Notes under the pieces: generated by a model
Databases searched by the model: none
What the model was told of the DNA's origin: nothing
What the model saw: the letters and a program-made list of their open reading frames with translations, nothing else
Shown here: positions 47,201-56,832 of the stretch, piece after piece
Position numbering within the stretch: the stretch's first letter is position 1
Layout: every line of letters begins with the position of its first letter
From: an uncultured Nitrospirales bacterium
GTDB taxonomy: Bacteria > Hydrogenedentota > Hydrogenedentia > Hydrogenedentales > CAILVY01
Reading direction: 5' to 3'
Length of the DNA stretch: 64,000 nucleotides
Assembly: GCA_964474205.1 (NCBI GenBank)
Contig: CAYYRW010000037.1
Coordinates: 5,599-69,598, forward strand
Position numbers and translations under genes: made by a program

Positions 47201-50200
47201 ACGCGGACCACCCGATTGGTGGCGTCGGGCGAAAGCACCACGGCGGGAGCGGAATCATCGCCAAACGTTATGGAGACCCGGCCATCCTCATCATAGGAAT
47301 ATGCCCGGCGGTTCGCCGTTCCGTCCGAATAATCCGCCGCCAGGCGGCCATAGGCGTCATAATCGAAATGACCCGCCGAACCATCCGGGTGCACCGTGCC
47401 GCGCAATGCGTGGTCCGCAGGGCTTCCGGCATCCCCGTTATAGCTGTATTGAACCACCCGTCCTGCGGCATCCGTCACACTCAGCAAATGCTCGTTCGCC
47501 GTATCATACGCAAAAGTGGTGGTGCGCCCCGCCTGATCCGTGAGTTGTTTGATACGGCCCGCCGTGTTGTACTCCAATTGGAAGCGGTCCCCGCTGGAAT
47601 GTTGCATCGCCACCAAACGGCCTTGATCATACTGCGCCGTGAGACGGTTCCCCCGCACATCGGTCAGGGTGGCCAGTTTGAGGTCGGTGCGAAAGACATA
47701 CTCATTCCCGTTGACTTCCGTCAGATGATAGGCACCGCCCTCTTCCACGAAATGCCCCCGGTCTCCCGCGTTCAAGGCCACATACGCGCCATCGTCCTTT
47801 TTCTGGAAGAATCGTTGCGCGCCGGAACCGTCCTGCAGCGTTACACCGCCATCGTCCGATACTTCGAGGAAAATGTTGAGGGAATGCGTCCAACCATATC
47901 CCAATGGGCCAAGGTTCAGGCGATCTCCCATCTGGCCCCGGTATACCCGGGTAAAAGCCAGCGGCAGGCCTTTTTCCGGGCAATAGGCGTCCACGGCGCG
48001 CGCCAGGCATGGCCGCACGGACAGACCGATAATCTTGCGCATTTCGTACAGGGTGAGCTGGGGGACGGACCAATACAATGCGCCTTGGGAACTCAGATAC
48101 TCCGCATTTTTCCGCAGTTGTGCCACATACTCACCCCAGGTCGTCCCAAAATTCTGTTTCAACAGCGGCCAGATGCGTGTCCAAAGCGCATCCTCGACAT
48201 TCGCCGGACGCATATTCGCCTCGTGCGCATCCCAATCAATCACGGTTTCCGGATCACTCTCGACGCTTACGTCGAAATCCAGTTTTTGATGCGCGTGGCC
48301 ATTGCCCAAGACCTGTATGGGAATGCGCTGCCGCGCCCCAGGTTCACAGGTGGAAACGCCTGTTCCGTTCTCATCCGGGGTCAATCCCAATACTTGGATC
48401 GGGTTTGTGGACCACGGTTCATTTTGCGACAGGCGCATCGGCATGGTATCCCGCGAGGTGATTGTGAACACCGGCGCGGCCTTATCCGCCAACCCGATAT
48501 TCTCAAACCCGAACCACAACGAAAACGGCCGTTTCCCCCGGGCATAGGCGGGGACATCCAGGGTGGTGGTTAATTGCGCCGGCGCACCCGCCACAATCTC
48601 GAACGCCTGCGGCAAGAGCAGTGCTTCGTTGTCGGGCCACACCACGGCCACATTCACGACCTGCGGCGGCAATCCTGTCAAATCCAAGGCGACTCTCAAC
48701 GCGGACAAGTCGAACGAAGACGGCGTAAAGGTGCGCAATACCGCTCCCGCACCGCTGCGCAATTCCACCCGCATCCCGGTTTCAAACCCAAGCCCGGAAA
48801 GGCTCACCGTGGTGCTTCCGGCATTGCCGCCCGTGTGGTGGCTGATATCCGCCAAATACCGGTTCATACTCAGGCATTGCAGGGTAAAATGCCCTTGGTA
48901 GGCCTTTGCCCAATAGGAATAAAACACGCTCAGATACAGGCTGTTTGAACCCGGCGCGGGAATCAGCATTTCCATGGTTCCATCAGATTTCAGCACGCCT
49001 CGCCAATCGTAGTCCACCAACGTGGGGAAACCGCCGCGCCGCCCCACCAGCGTCCAATTCCCGGAGTCACCCGCCGGTGTCATCCGCACCACCACGTTCG
49101 GCGCCGCGCCGATCCGTAGTTTCAGGCGGAAATCGCTGTACTCCAGGGAATACACATCGCTTTCCACACTCTCATCCAAGGCAATATCCCGCGCATGACG
49201 GTTCGCGGGGGGCAATCCCGAGTCGAATACCAGCCCCTTTGAATCGTCATAGCCTGCCAGCAACACTTGGGCGCCGTCCCGCGACAAGTCCAAAGAATCG
49301 CACCCGGAAGCGCCCATGACCGGCCCGAACGCTGAAACCACCGCCCCAGTGAGCATATCCCACACTACCGCCTGGCCATTTTTCAGCCCGGCGAAGACAT
49401 GCCACCCGTCCGGGGCCGCCGCGAGACTTAACACCGGCGAATCCCCGTTCAGGGTTTGCAGCTCCCCGCCTGTTCCCGCATCGTACACCACAATATTCCC
49501 CGTGCTGCACCCCGCCAGAAAACGTTTCCCGTCCGCCGTGAACGCCACGCTGCGCACTTCTCCATACGGATGCGCCGGATTGAACGAATACACCTCATCG
49601 CCCGTCTGGGCATCAAAAATCTTCGCCGTGTTGTTCAGGGCTCCCGTGCCAATCCGCGCGCCGTCCGGGCTGATCGCCACCGACATCACCGCATCCTCAT
49701 TCGCCGTGCAATCGGCGGCCACCGCGCCCGTATTCACATTCCACAACTTGGCGGTTCCATCCTCCGACCCCGTCAATACATGAATGCCATCCGGCGAATA
49801 CACGGCGCCGCGTATGGCCCCATTATGTCCTTCAAATGCCCGCAATTCCGCCCCCGTCGCCACTTCCCATAACTGCACCGTTCCATTGAGTTGCCCGGTC
49901 AATACCGACGCCCCGTCCCGCGAGCATGCCACCGCGGAACCTTGCCAGGTAAGATCCGAAATTTTCCGTTCCGCTACTTCCCCATGCGCATCCCATAACC
50001 ACACATTGTACCCAAACATCGTATATGAACTTACGCCCGCCACCCGGCTCCCATCCGGTGAAAACGCCCCGCGGGACAGCGTCTCGGCAGCTTGCTCCCG
50101 CTGCATCAGCAGCGGATTTGGCGCGGCATCATAACTCACCAGCGCATAGGGATCGTCCGCCCCTGTGCCACAGGCCAAGGCAATGCGCGCCCCATCGGGT

Positions 50201-52209
50201 GACAACGCCCAGCAGCCCACCCTATTTTGGTAATCAAACCGGTTCAACAATGTCCCGGAGGCCACGTCCCATATATAAACATCGTCAAACCCGCCTATCA
50301 GCGCACGGCTGGAATCCCCGGAAAACATTATATCTTCCGACCCATAGAAATACCCAACCCCCGGCGGGTCGAATCGCTGCACTTCCGCCCCCGTCACCGT
50401 GCTGACTATGGCGGCATATTGCTGATCCGGCTGTTGAAGGCACAACGCCCGCGACAAATCCCCATTAAAATCCATCGCTTCCAATCCAGGCAGAGCCAGC
50501 GTGCGAATCAATGCACCGGTCTGGACATTCAAAAATCGAAGCGTGCATGAACGCGTTCCGCCGTAATCCCCCTCCGTATGCACGGTCACAAGCGTCCGGT
50601 TATCGTTCGAGAAATGCATTAACTGCACCGAATCTGTCTGGTCAAGTGCGGGAAGCGCTTCCCCCGTCGTGGTATTCCAAAGCTGGCATACGCCGGTGTT
50701 CGACCACCCTCCCACCCCCACGATGGTCCCATCCGGCGAATACACCGCGGTCTGCGCACGCACGGCATTGTCAAACGTGCGGAGATGCGCCCCCGTTTGC
50801 GCGTTCCATAAATCCACCTGCTTGCCAAAAACCGTGAATACTTTCGTACCATCCGCCGAATAGAGTATTCGCGCGGTGTCCGTGTTATACCCACTGGCAA
50901 TATCCACCGTAAAGGAAGCCCCGGGCGCCCCCGTCTCCGTATTGCATTGAAACACCTGCATTTGCGTTTCACTTTCTTTGTAAACCGCCACCGCCGCCGT
51001 CGTACTATCCGGCGCAAATGCAATATAGACCCCCTCATCCACAATCGGCACCGCCGGATGCCGCGCAAACGAAGCCATGCCAAACACGTCCACAATGGCG
51101 GTATTCGCCAGCAGGCTCCGGTACCCCGAAGTGGTTTCGACAAGGTTGAACGCCGTCACGGACCGCTGTCCGTCCGGTGAAATGGCGCTCACCACATCAC
51201 TAACTGTCTTTTCATGATTTTCCAGCAGGCGATCCGAGAGGGGCAGCGTGCCGTAGTAAATGCGTTGTTGGATGTCCGCGCAGGTATGCCCGTCAAAAAT
51301 AACCTTCGCCCCATCCGGGGTGAAAAGAATCGAGTCCGCGCCATAAAATGTCTTTTCCGCCTGCACCCCTGTCGCCGCATCCCAAATCGTCGTCTTTTGC
51401 ACATCCCACGTCGAGCTATACCCTTGATGATTGTACGTCGAACTCACATACACGTGCGTGCCGTCCGGTGTCATGGCCGCGCTTATCACAGATTTAAACG
51501 CATCATACTCCGCCGGACGATCCGGCGGCGTGATCGTGGCCATCGGTGCGAGGGCCGCCGTGTCCCACACGCGCACCGCACTTTCGCATACGGTGGCAAA
51601 TCGCGCCCCATCGGCACTGAACGATACGTGTTTAACCTCGTGTTTGTCCTCATGCATCAGCGTATTCAACAACACACCCGATGCCGCATCCCAAATCGAA
51701 ATCGTCCCCACAGGGTCCGTATGCACAGACTGTTTGTGATGATTGCACGTAAGTATCTTCTCCCCATTCTCAAAAAACGCCACATCATTCACCCGATCCC
51801 CCACCGTGAATGTGCGGACCACCGATCCCGTGGCCACGTCCCACAGAACCGCCTGGCCCACCTTGGCGCCATCCGATTGTATGGTCTGACCTCCCGTGAG
51901 CACCCGTGCGCCGTCCGGAGAATAGGCAATGGACGTCATGGCCCCCGTCGTGCCCGCAAACACTTTGACGGACGATCCCGTATCACTTCGGATAATTCTC
52001 ACCAATGACGATGCACACGCCACCGCCAAGTTCATTCCGTCCGGGGAAAAGACCACGTCCGCGATCTTCTGCCCACCCAGCACCTGTTTTGGAATTCGTT
52101 GCATATCAAGCGTTTGCGCCTGCGCCAAGCCCATCTCAACCACCACAAGAAGGCAAACGAATACCCTTTGCCCACACTTCATGCACCACATACCGGCACC
52201 TCCTGGCAA
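44218..52209 (-). CDS. giant (2663 aa) secreted beta-propeller (WD40/YVTN-like) + RHS/YD-repeat protein with C-terminal sorting-signal-like tail
   Basis: signal peptide; >15 FSPDG/YSPDG-type propeller blades; long YD-repeat array (YDAAGRL…, YDANGNR…) ending in YQYDPFGQVL core-like motif; then DUF11-like region, (EGEG)n spacer and CGC-motif/TM/KKRKE tail. Confidence 0.8.
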   Translation of the reverse strand: MPGGAGMWCMKCGQRVFVCLLVVVEMGLAQAQTLDMQRIPKQVLGGQKIADVVFSPDGMNLAVACASSLVRIIRSDTGSSVKVFAGTTGAMTSIAYSPDGARVLTGGQTIQSDGAKVGQAVLWDVATGSVVRTFTVGDRVNDVAFFENGEKILTCNHHKQSVHTDPVGTISIWDAASGVLLNTLMHEDKHEVKHVSFSADGARFATVCESAVRVWDTAALAPMATITPPDRPAEYDAFKSVISAAMTPDGTHVYVSSTYNHQGYSSTWDVQKTTIWDAATGVQAEKTFYGADSILFTPDGAKVIFDGHTCADIQQRIYYGTLPLSDRLLENHEKTVSDVVSAISPDGQRSVTAFNLVETTSGYRSLLANTAIVDVFGMASFARHPAVPIVDEGVYIAFAPDSTTAAVAVYKESETQMQVFQCNTETGAPGASFTVDIASGYNTDTARILYSADGTKVFTVFGKQVDLWNAQTGAHLRTFDNAVRAQTAVYSPDGTIVGVGGWSNTGVCQLWNTTTGEALPALDQTDSVQLMHFSNDNRTLVTVHTEGDYGGTRSCTLRFLNVQTGALIRTLALPGLEAMDFNGDLSRALCLQQPDQQYAAIVSTVTGAEVQRFDPPGVGYFYGSEDIMFSGDSSRALIGGFDDVYIWDVASGTLLNRFDYQNRVGCWALSPDGARIALACGTGADDPYALVSYDAAPNPLLMQREQAAETLSRGAFSPDGSRVAGVSSYTMFGYNVWLWDAHGEVAERKISDLTWQGSAVACSRDGASVLTGQLNGTVQLWEVATGAELRAFEGHNGAIRGAVYSPDGIHVLTGSEDGTAKLWNVNTGAVAADCTANEDAVMSVAISPDGARIGTGALNNTAKIFDAQTGDEVYSFNPAHPYGEVRSVAFTADGKRFLAGCSTGNIVVYDAGTGGELQTLNGDSPVLSLAAAPDGWHVFAGLKNGQAVVWDMLTGAVVSAFGPVMGASGCDSLDLSRDGAQVLLAGYDDSKGLVFDSGLPPANRHARDIALDESVESDVYSLEYSDFRLKLRIGAAPNVVVRMTPAGDSGNWTLVGRRGGFPTLVDYDWRGVLKSDGTMEMLIPAPGSNSLYLSVFYSYWAKAYQGHFTLQCLSMNRYLADISHHTGGNAGSTTVSLSGLGFETGMRVELRSGAGAVLRTFTPSSFDLSALRVALDLTGLPPQVVNVAVVWPDNEALLLPQAFEIVAGAPAQLTTTLDVPAYARGKRPFSLWFGFENIGLADKAAPVFTITSRDTMPMRLSQNEPWSTNPIQVLGLTPDENGTGVSTCEPGARQRIPIQVLGNGHAHQKLDFDVSVESDPETVIDWDAHEANMRPANVEDALWTRIWPLLKQNFGTTWGEYVAQLRKNAEYLSSQGALYWSVPQLTLYEMRKIIGLSVRPCLARAVDAYCPEKGLPLAFTRVYRGQMGDRLNLGPLGYGWTHSLNIFLEVSDDGGVTLQDGSGAQRFFQKKDDGAYVALNAGDRGHFVEEGGAYHLTEVNGNEYVFRTDLKLATLTDVRGNRLTAQYDQGRLVAMQHSSGDRFQLEYNTAGRIKQLTDQAGRTTTFAYDTANEHLLSVTDAAGRVVQYSYNGDAGSPADHALRGTVHPDGSAGHFDYDAYGRLAADYSDGTANRRAYSYDEDGRVSITFGDDSAPAVVLSPDATNRVVRVQKPDGPVVTLEYDWSDGHLARVTDGLGHVSEHQQDIAESVIRDPLGNETTLQMKSGIGMPKALVDAKGNALQFEYNEQRRLQRATFADGTYENFNYDDHGQLTRYTNRKGETFYFEFNSHGQMTRKAYPDGREVTCTYTAARQLASVTDASGTISITYDARNFPVRIDYPGGMWFAYEYNDAGLRTRRSGSDGVVLNYQYDAQGRLMRLVQEGVGDLAGYEYDADGRLSRETRGNGTYTEYAYDAVGHIMSMVNYSGAGGVQSRFDYAYDAAERVISMNTVDGTRLYDYDAAGRLTEVTYPDGHTQSFIYDAAGNRLSSTGGALPETYGVGVLNQCLQAGDATFTYDANGNRASRTDGSGTTDYQYNYDNRLVRVEASAGDVWEYTYNALGQRTSITHNGETKRFAPGLEGWGGGIAEFDGSGNLVASNVIGYGLVARINGSGAAEYYAFDADGNTVQLTDATGAVIAEYQYDPFGQVLSSSKQGTGTPYQAGGQGGSTSDGSGTVYNGQTHTDTQTNQTLTPTPGQGTQGDYHPPKSLSKFKAADVQALGEYIIGYLGNFAPDGSVANNAAGYFTSVTGGIAAAFAEDDARKTPDPYDDWRADVNWGLWGGGLIAFTIGAPTPVGATLFVLGTTKVIADKLTDDYVASLRDADWYKPVPRNPWATDPLLKAGKNMLIPHDDPIWEYLGDPEILFPDDPNEKTGVPGTGAEHWVPRGEVLTYSIFFENKSSASAPAQEVIVTDYLSEYLDWSTFRLTDIQWGSYSVEVPADAGVLSTRETIADYRVDVSKAWWVDVTATMNSVNGKVEWRFRTLDPDTGELPEDALAGLLPPNDATHRGEGHVSFTILPRADAPEAARIVNSASIVFDQNAAIETNEVFNTLGVPPEGEQEGQLEGQPEGEGDDEGQQEGEGVIEGEEEGVPVEGEVEGQEEGQAEGTVEGEGEGEGEPDNDCGCAGNKAAPGSLAGVAPGDLLLTLSGALALIMASRKKRKE
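44340..44560 (-). repeat. low-complexity GAAGGC-rich tandem repeats encoding (E-G-E/Q-G)n spacer
   Basis: encodes EGEQEGQLEGQPEGEGDDEGQQEGEGVIEGEEEGVPVEGEVEGQEEGQAEGTVEGEGEGEGE. Confidence 0.8.
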
Positions 52210-52328
52210 GGGATTTCATCGCCCGGCCCCTGCCCGTTAAACTGCTTCCCAATCCTGCAAACCACGGCCCCTTTACTCTAGCCGTTCCGGGCTGTCAGGT
52301 CAACAGGCCCGGGGTGGTGAAAAAAGAC

Positions 52329-52357
52329 TTGACACGGGCGCATTTCAGATATATAAT
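52329..52357 (+). promoter_or_regulatory. sigma70-type promoter candidate: TTGACA-N17-TATAAT
   Basis: perfect consensus hexamers with 17-nt spacer, ~75 nt upstream of hcp start; followed by ccggacacggtccgg palindrome. Confidence 0.55.
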
Positions 52358-52431
52358 ATCTGCGTTATCTGATTTAAGGCCGGACACGGTCCGGTCAACC
52401 GCTTCAACAACGCAATGTAAGGAGAACAAAC

Positions 52432-53733
52432 ATGTCGATGTACTGCGATCAATGTGAGCAGACCTTTGGCGGGAAAGGGTGCACCACGAAGGGTGTCTGT
52501 GGAAAGAACGAGGATATTGAGTCCCTGCAGAAGATATTGCTGTATGGATTGAAGGGGATGGCGGCGTACAAAGCGCACGCGCGGCGGCTGGGCAAGACGG
52601 ATGCAGAAGTTGAAGCATTCATCGAGGATGCGCTTTTCGCCACGATGACCAACGTGAATTTCGACATGGAATCGCTGCTGGGGATGGTGCTGGAATGCGG
52701 GCGGATGAATTTGAAGACCATGCAGTTGCTGAACGACGGTCATGTGGAAACCTTCGGCACGCCGGAACCGACGGAAGTGACGGAAGGCATAGCGGACGCG
52801 GCCCCCGGTATTCTGGTGACGGGCCACGATCTGATTGATTTGCGCGAACTCCTGGAACAAACCAAGGACACGGGCATTAAAATATACACGCATGGCGAAA
52901 TGCTTCCGGCCAATGCCTATCCGGGCTTGAAAAAGTATCCGCACCTCGCGGGCAACTACGGCGGCGCCTGGCAAAAGCAGAAGAAGGAATTTGAAAGCTT
53001 CGGCGGACCCATCATCGCCACCACCAACTGTGTGCTGATCCCGCCGGCCGCCAGCACCTATCTGAACAGACTGTACCTCACCAACGTCACCGGCATACCC
53101 GGCGCGGTGAAAATACAAGGCACGGATTTCTCTCCCGTAATCAAACGCGCCTTGGAAATCGGCCCGCTTACTCCGACAGAAACCAAAAAATCCCTGATCG
53201 GTTTCCATTACAGCCAGATTCTGGGCATCGCGGACAAGGTGGTGGAAGCGGTGAAGAGCGGCCAGATCAAACATTTCTTCCTGATCGGCGGGTGCGATGG
53301 CGCGGAACCCGGCCGGAATTATTTCACCGAATATGCGCAAAACACGCCCCCGGATTCCATCGTGCTCACCTTGGGCTGCGGCAAGTACCGGATTCGTGAC
53401 AACGAGTACGGCACGGTGGCGGGCCTCCCCCGCTTTCTTGACATGGGCCAATGCAACGATTCCTACGGCGCCATCCAGGTCGCCGTGGCTCTGGCCGGGG
53501 CATTCAACTGCTCCGTAAACGAGTTGCCCCTGACAATGTGCATCAGTTGGTTTGAACAGAAGGCCGTGGCGGTGTTGCTGACCCTGCTGCACCTGGGTGT
53601 GAAAGGTATTCGCCTCGGTCCGGCCCTGCCCGCATTCGTGACCCCGAACGTGTTCAAGGTATTGCAGGACACCTTTGATCTTGGCCCCATCGGTTCGGAT
53701 CCGAAAGCCGACATTGCGGCGCGCGTCGCCTAA
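52432..53733 (+). CDS. hcp: hydroxylamine reductase / hybrid-cluster protein (short form)
   Basis: MSMYCDQCEQTFGGKGCTTKGVCGK N-terminal Cys cluster typical of Hcp; 433 aa. Confidence 0.85.
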   Translation: MSMYCDQCEQTFGGKGCTTKGVCGKNEDIESLQKILLYGLKGMAAYKAHARRLGKTDAEVEAFIEDALFATMTNVNFDMESLLGMVLECGRMNLKTMQLLNDGHVETFGTPEPTEVTEGIADAAPGILVTGHDLIDLRELLEQTKDTGIKIYTHGEMLPANAYPGLKKYPHLAGNYGGAWQKQKKEFESFGGPIIATTNCVLIPPAASTYLNRLYLTNVTGIPGAVKIQGTDFSPVIKRALEIGPLTPTETKKSLIGFHYSQILGIADKVVEAVKSGQIKHFFLIGGCDGAEPGRNYFTEYAQNTPPDSIVLTLGCGKYRIRDNEYGTVAGLPRFLDMGQCNDSYGAIQVAVALAGAFNCSVNELPLTMCISWFEQKAVAVLLTLLHLGVKGIRLGPALPAFVTPNVFKVLQDTFDLGPIGSDPKADIAARVA

Positions 53734-53966
53734 TTCGAAACAAGCGAAAAACAGGGACGGACACAAGCGGAGCAAGTCCCCGATCACAGACGTGTCTGTT
53801 CCTGCTTTTCACGTCATGGGCGGGCGAGACGGGTCTGTCCCTGCTTTTTCGCGTGCTTCAGTGCCATGTGCTTAACACAGTTCCATTCGTGTCCATCTTG
53901 AATTTTTCGCGCACCCAACCATTCATGTACAATCTTACGAAAACCGAATCAGGAAGCGGGTATTTT

Positions 53967-54419
53967 ATGCTGACCAAGACCTCCCTTAACGCCATTCAGG
54001 CGCTGCTGTATATTGCGCGGCAGAAATCCGCCGACCCCGTGCCGCCCCATGAAATCGCGGAACGTCTCGGCGCGTCTCCCTCCTACCTCGGAAAAATCAA
54101 CACGGAATTGGTGAAAGCGAACATCCTGCATGCCCATCGCGGGGTGAAAGGTGGCGTGACCCTGGCACGGACTCCGGAATCCATCACCCTCCTGGATGTC
54201 GTCGAAGCCTGCCAGGGGAAAGTTCTGGGGGATTACTGCACGTCCTACGATAAACTGGCGGAGGTCTGCGCGTTTCACGAAGCCATGCACGGCCTGCAAC
54301 AGGCCATTGTCCGTACATTGCGGCAATGGACGCTTCAGGACCTCGTGAACCGTCCTTTACCCGCCAAACACCTTCGCGGCAAAGTGGCCTGCCGGATGGG
54401 GTGTGCACAGCCCAAATAA
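53967..54419 (+). CDS. Rrf2-family transcriptional regulator (NsrR/IscR-like)
   Basis: MLTKTSLNAIQALLYIARQ…HEIAERLGASPSYLGKI wHTH of Rrf2 family; adjacent to hcp as in NsrR-hcp modules. Confidence 0.8.
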   Translation: MLTKTSLNAIQALLYIARQKSADPVPPHEIAERLGASPSYLGKINTELVKANILHAHRGVKGGVTLARTPESITLLDVVEACQGKVLGDYCTSYDKLAEVCAFHEAMHGLQQAIVRTLRQWTLQDLVNRPLPAKHLRGKVACRMGCAQPK

Positions 54420-54513
54420 ACACGGCTTATACACTGTACAAACAATGGCAGATACATTGACCATTGACTGGGTGGACGTGTACCGTTAGTTTATAACCAA
54501 TATTGGAGGAAAC

Positions 54514-55137
54514 ATGAGTTTTTTGACGTTGATCTGTTTCCTGGGCGCATCGGTGCTTTTGACCCTCGCCCCAGGACCCGATAACACCTTTGTGGTGGCG
54601 CAAGGCCTGTCGCGCGGACGCCGGGCGGCGATCATTACCGCGCTGGGCATGTGCAGTGGCGTGAGCGTGCATACGATCGCAGCGGCACTGGGCATTTCCG
54701 CGCTGCTTTATTCCTCCGCCTATGCGTTCACCATTATCAAATACGCCGGCGCGGCCTATCTTCTGTTTCTTGCTTACAAATCCATAAAAGAACACTCCGT
54801 CTTTTTACAGCAGCAGGATAGAAACGCCATCAGCTCCCATCTGCTCTTCCGGCGCGGGTTCATCATGAATGTCCTGAATCCGAAAGTAGCCCTGTTTTTC
54901 CTGGCCTTCCTGCCCCAATTCATCACCCCGGGCGGATTCAGCATTCCGGCGCAAATGATGCTCTTGGGTCTGATTTTCATGATTCAGGCCGTGCTCATCT
55001 TTTCCGCCATCGGGTATCTCTCCGGCAGTTTGGGGAATGTCATCTTGACGCGGCCAGGCATTTCCAAGTATTTTGCATGGATGTCGGCGGGCATATTCGC
55101 GTCTCTGGGTCTCCGGCTCGCTCTTGCGGAACGATGA
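54514..55137 (+). CDS. LysE/RhtB-family amino-acid exporter
   Basis: 207 aa, 6 TM, LTLAPGPDNTFV N-terminal signature. Confidence 0.85.
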   Translation: MSFLTLICFLGASVLLTLAPGPDNTFVVAQGLSRGRRAAIITALGMCSGVSVHTIAAALGISALLYSSAYAFTIIKYAGAAYLLFLAYKSIKEHSVFLQQQDRNAISSHLLFRRGFIMNVLNPKVALFFLAFLPQFITPGGFSIPAQMMLLGLIFMIQAVLIFSAIGYLSGSLGNVILTRPGISKYFAWMSAGIFASLGLRLALAER

Positions 55138-55180
55138 ATAACGGCAACGATGCCAACACGAATTACGAAAGGCGGTCGTC

Positions 55181-56794
55181 ATGTTTTTAATGAATATCAT
55201 GCTGTGTGTCGCGGCGGGAGGAAGTCTCATGTCCGCCCCTAAGCCCGAGATCAACATCCTCCCCGCGCCGGTGAACATGGAACATCACAAAGGCGTTTTC
55301 ACGCTCAACGCGCAGACCCGAATTTTATTCCCGCAGGGAAACGCGGAGGCGGAGAAGACGGCAACCTATCTGGCCTCGGTGTTGCGCCCCGCCACAGGGT
55401 ATCCCCTGCCGGTAAGCGCGGACGCCTCAGCCGCCAACGTTCTTTCCTTAACAGTTGAAGACATCGGTTTGGGGGATGAAGGCTACCGGCTGAACGTTTC
55501 AAAAGAAGGCATCACGATTGCCGCCGCCACGTCTGCAGGCTTGTTCAACGGCATCCAGACCCTCCGTCAATTATTCCCGGCCGCGATATTCAGTGCGGCG
55601 AAAGTGGACGGACAATCCTGGACCGCGCCCGCGGTGACCATCGAGGATTATCCCCGGTTTGCCTGGCGGGGCATGATGCTCGACACGGCCCGGCACTTCC
55701 TGCCGAAAGAATTCATCAAGAAATTCATCGATACGATCGCCCTGCATAAAATGAATCACTTGCATCTCCACCTCACGGACGACCAGGGCTGGCGCATCGA
55801 GATCAAGAAATACCCCAAACTGACGGAAGTGGGCGCATGGCGGAAAGAGACCCTGGTGGGACATTCCAGCGCAAAGGCGGAAACGTATGACGGCAAGCCC
55901 CATGGCGGATTCTATACCCAGGATGATCTTCGCGAGTTGGTGGCGTATGCGGCGGAACGGCACATCACCATCCTGCCCGAAATTGAAATGCCGGGGCATG
56001 CCCAGGCCGCCATCGCGTCGTATCCCGAACTGGGAAACCTGAATGAACCCCTGCCCGTCCACACCTCGTGGGGCGTCAATAAAAACATCTTCAACGTGGA
56101 AGAAAAAACCATCCTGTTTCTGCAAGACGTGCTTGCCGAGGTCGTGGAGATATTCCCCGGTGCGTACATTCACATCGGCGGCGATGAAGCGGTGAAGGAC
56201 CAATGGAAAGCCAGCGAAGCCGTTCAGAAGCGCATGAAGGAATTGGGCATCGCGGATGAGGCAAAGATGCAAAGTTACTTCATCGCCCGGATGAACGAGT
56301 TCCTTAAAAGCAAGGGCCGGAAGCTGATTGGCTGGGACGAAATTCTCGAAGGCGGCCTGGGCAAGGACGCCACCGTGATGGCGTGGCGCGGCCTCGACAA
56401 GGCGGTCGAAGCGGCCAAAGCCGGGAACGACGTGGTCATGGCCCCCACCGCATTCACCTATTTGGATTATTACCAGGGCAAGAAACAAGAAGAACCATTG
56501 GCCATCGGCGGAAACCTTCCACTGAGTAAAGTCTATAGTTTCGACCCGATGTCCATTGAATTGGAGCCCGAAGCCCTGAAACACGTTCTCGGAACACAGG
56601 GCCAGTTGTGGGGTGAATATATCGCCACGCCGGAACATGCCGAGTACATGGCCTTTCCGCGCGCCTGCGCCCTGGCGGAAGCCGCTTGGACTCCACAGGC
56701 ACAGCGCAAGTACGAAGACTTCTTCTCCCGTCTCAAGGAACATGTGGCCCGGCTGGATCAACTGGGCGTCCGCTATCGAACGCTGGACAAATAG
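55181..56794 (+). CDS. beta-N-acetylhexosaminidase (GH20)
   Basis: signal peptide; HLHLTDDQGWRIEIKKYP, IHIGGDEA catalytic region. Confidence 0.9.
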   Translation: MFLMNIMLCVAAGGSLMSAPKPEINILPAPVNMEHHKGVFTLNAQTRILFPQGNAEAEKTATYLASVLRPATGYPLPVSADASAANVLSLTVEDIGLGDEGYRLNVSKEGITIAAATSAGLFNGIQTLRQLFPAAIFSAAKVDGQSWTAPAVTIEDYPRFAWRGMMLDTARHFLPKEFIKKFIDTIALHKMNHLHLHLTDDQGWRIEIKKYPKLTEVGAWRKETLVGHSSAKAETYDGKPHGGFYTQDDLRELVAYAAERHITILPEIEMPGHAQAAIASYPELGNLNEPLPVHTSWGVNKNIFNVEEKTILFLQDVLAEVVEIFPGAYIHIGGDEAVKDQWKASEAVQKRMKELGIADEAKMQSYFIARMNEFLKSKGRKLIGWDEILEGGLGKDATVMAWRGLDKAVEAAKAGNDVVMAPTAFTYLDYYQGKKQEEPLAIGGNLPLSKVYSFDPMSIELEPEALKHVLGTQGQLWGEYIATPEHAEYMAFPRACALAEAAWTPQAQRKYEDFFSRLKEHVARLDQLGVRYRTLDK

Positions 56795-56832
56795 TTGAAA
56801 ATGCATCGAAAACCATTGCGGGAGAAGTCCTC

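Noticed and set aside
46834-48573. 579-aa plus-strand ORF and many other plus-strand ORFs between 44246 and 52457
   Set aside because: All antisense/alternate frames of the 2663-aa RHS giant
52345-53787. 480-aa minus-strand ORF
   Set aside because: Antisense to hcp
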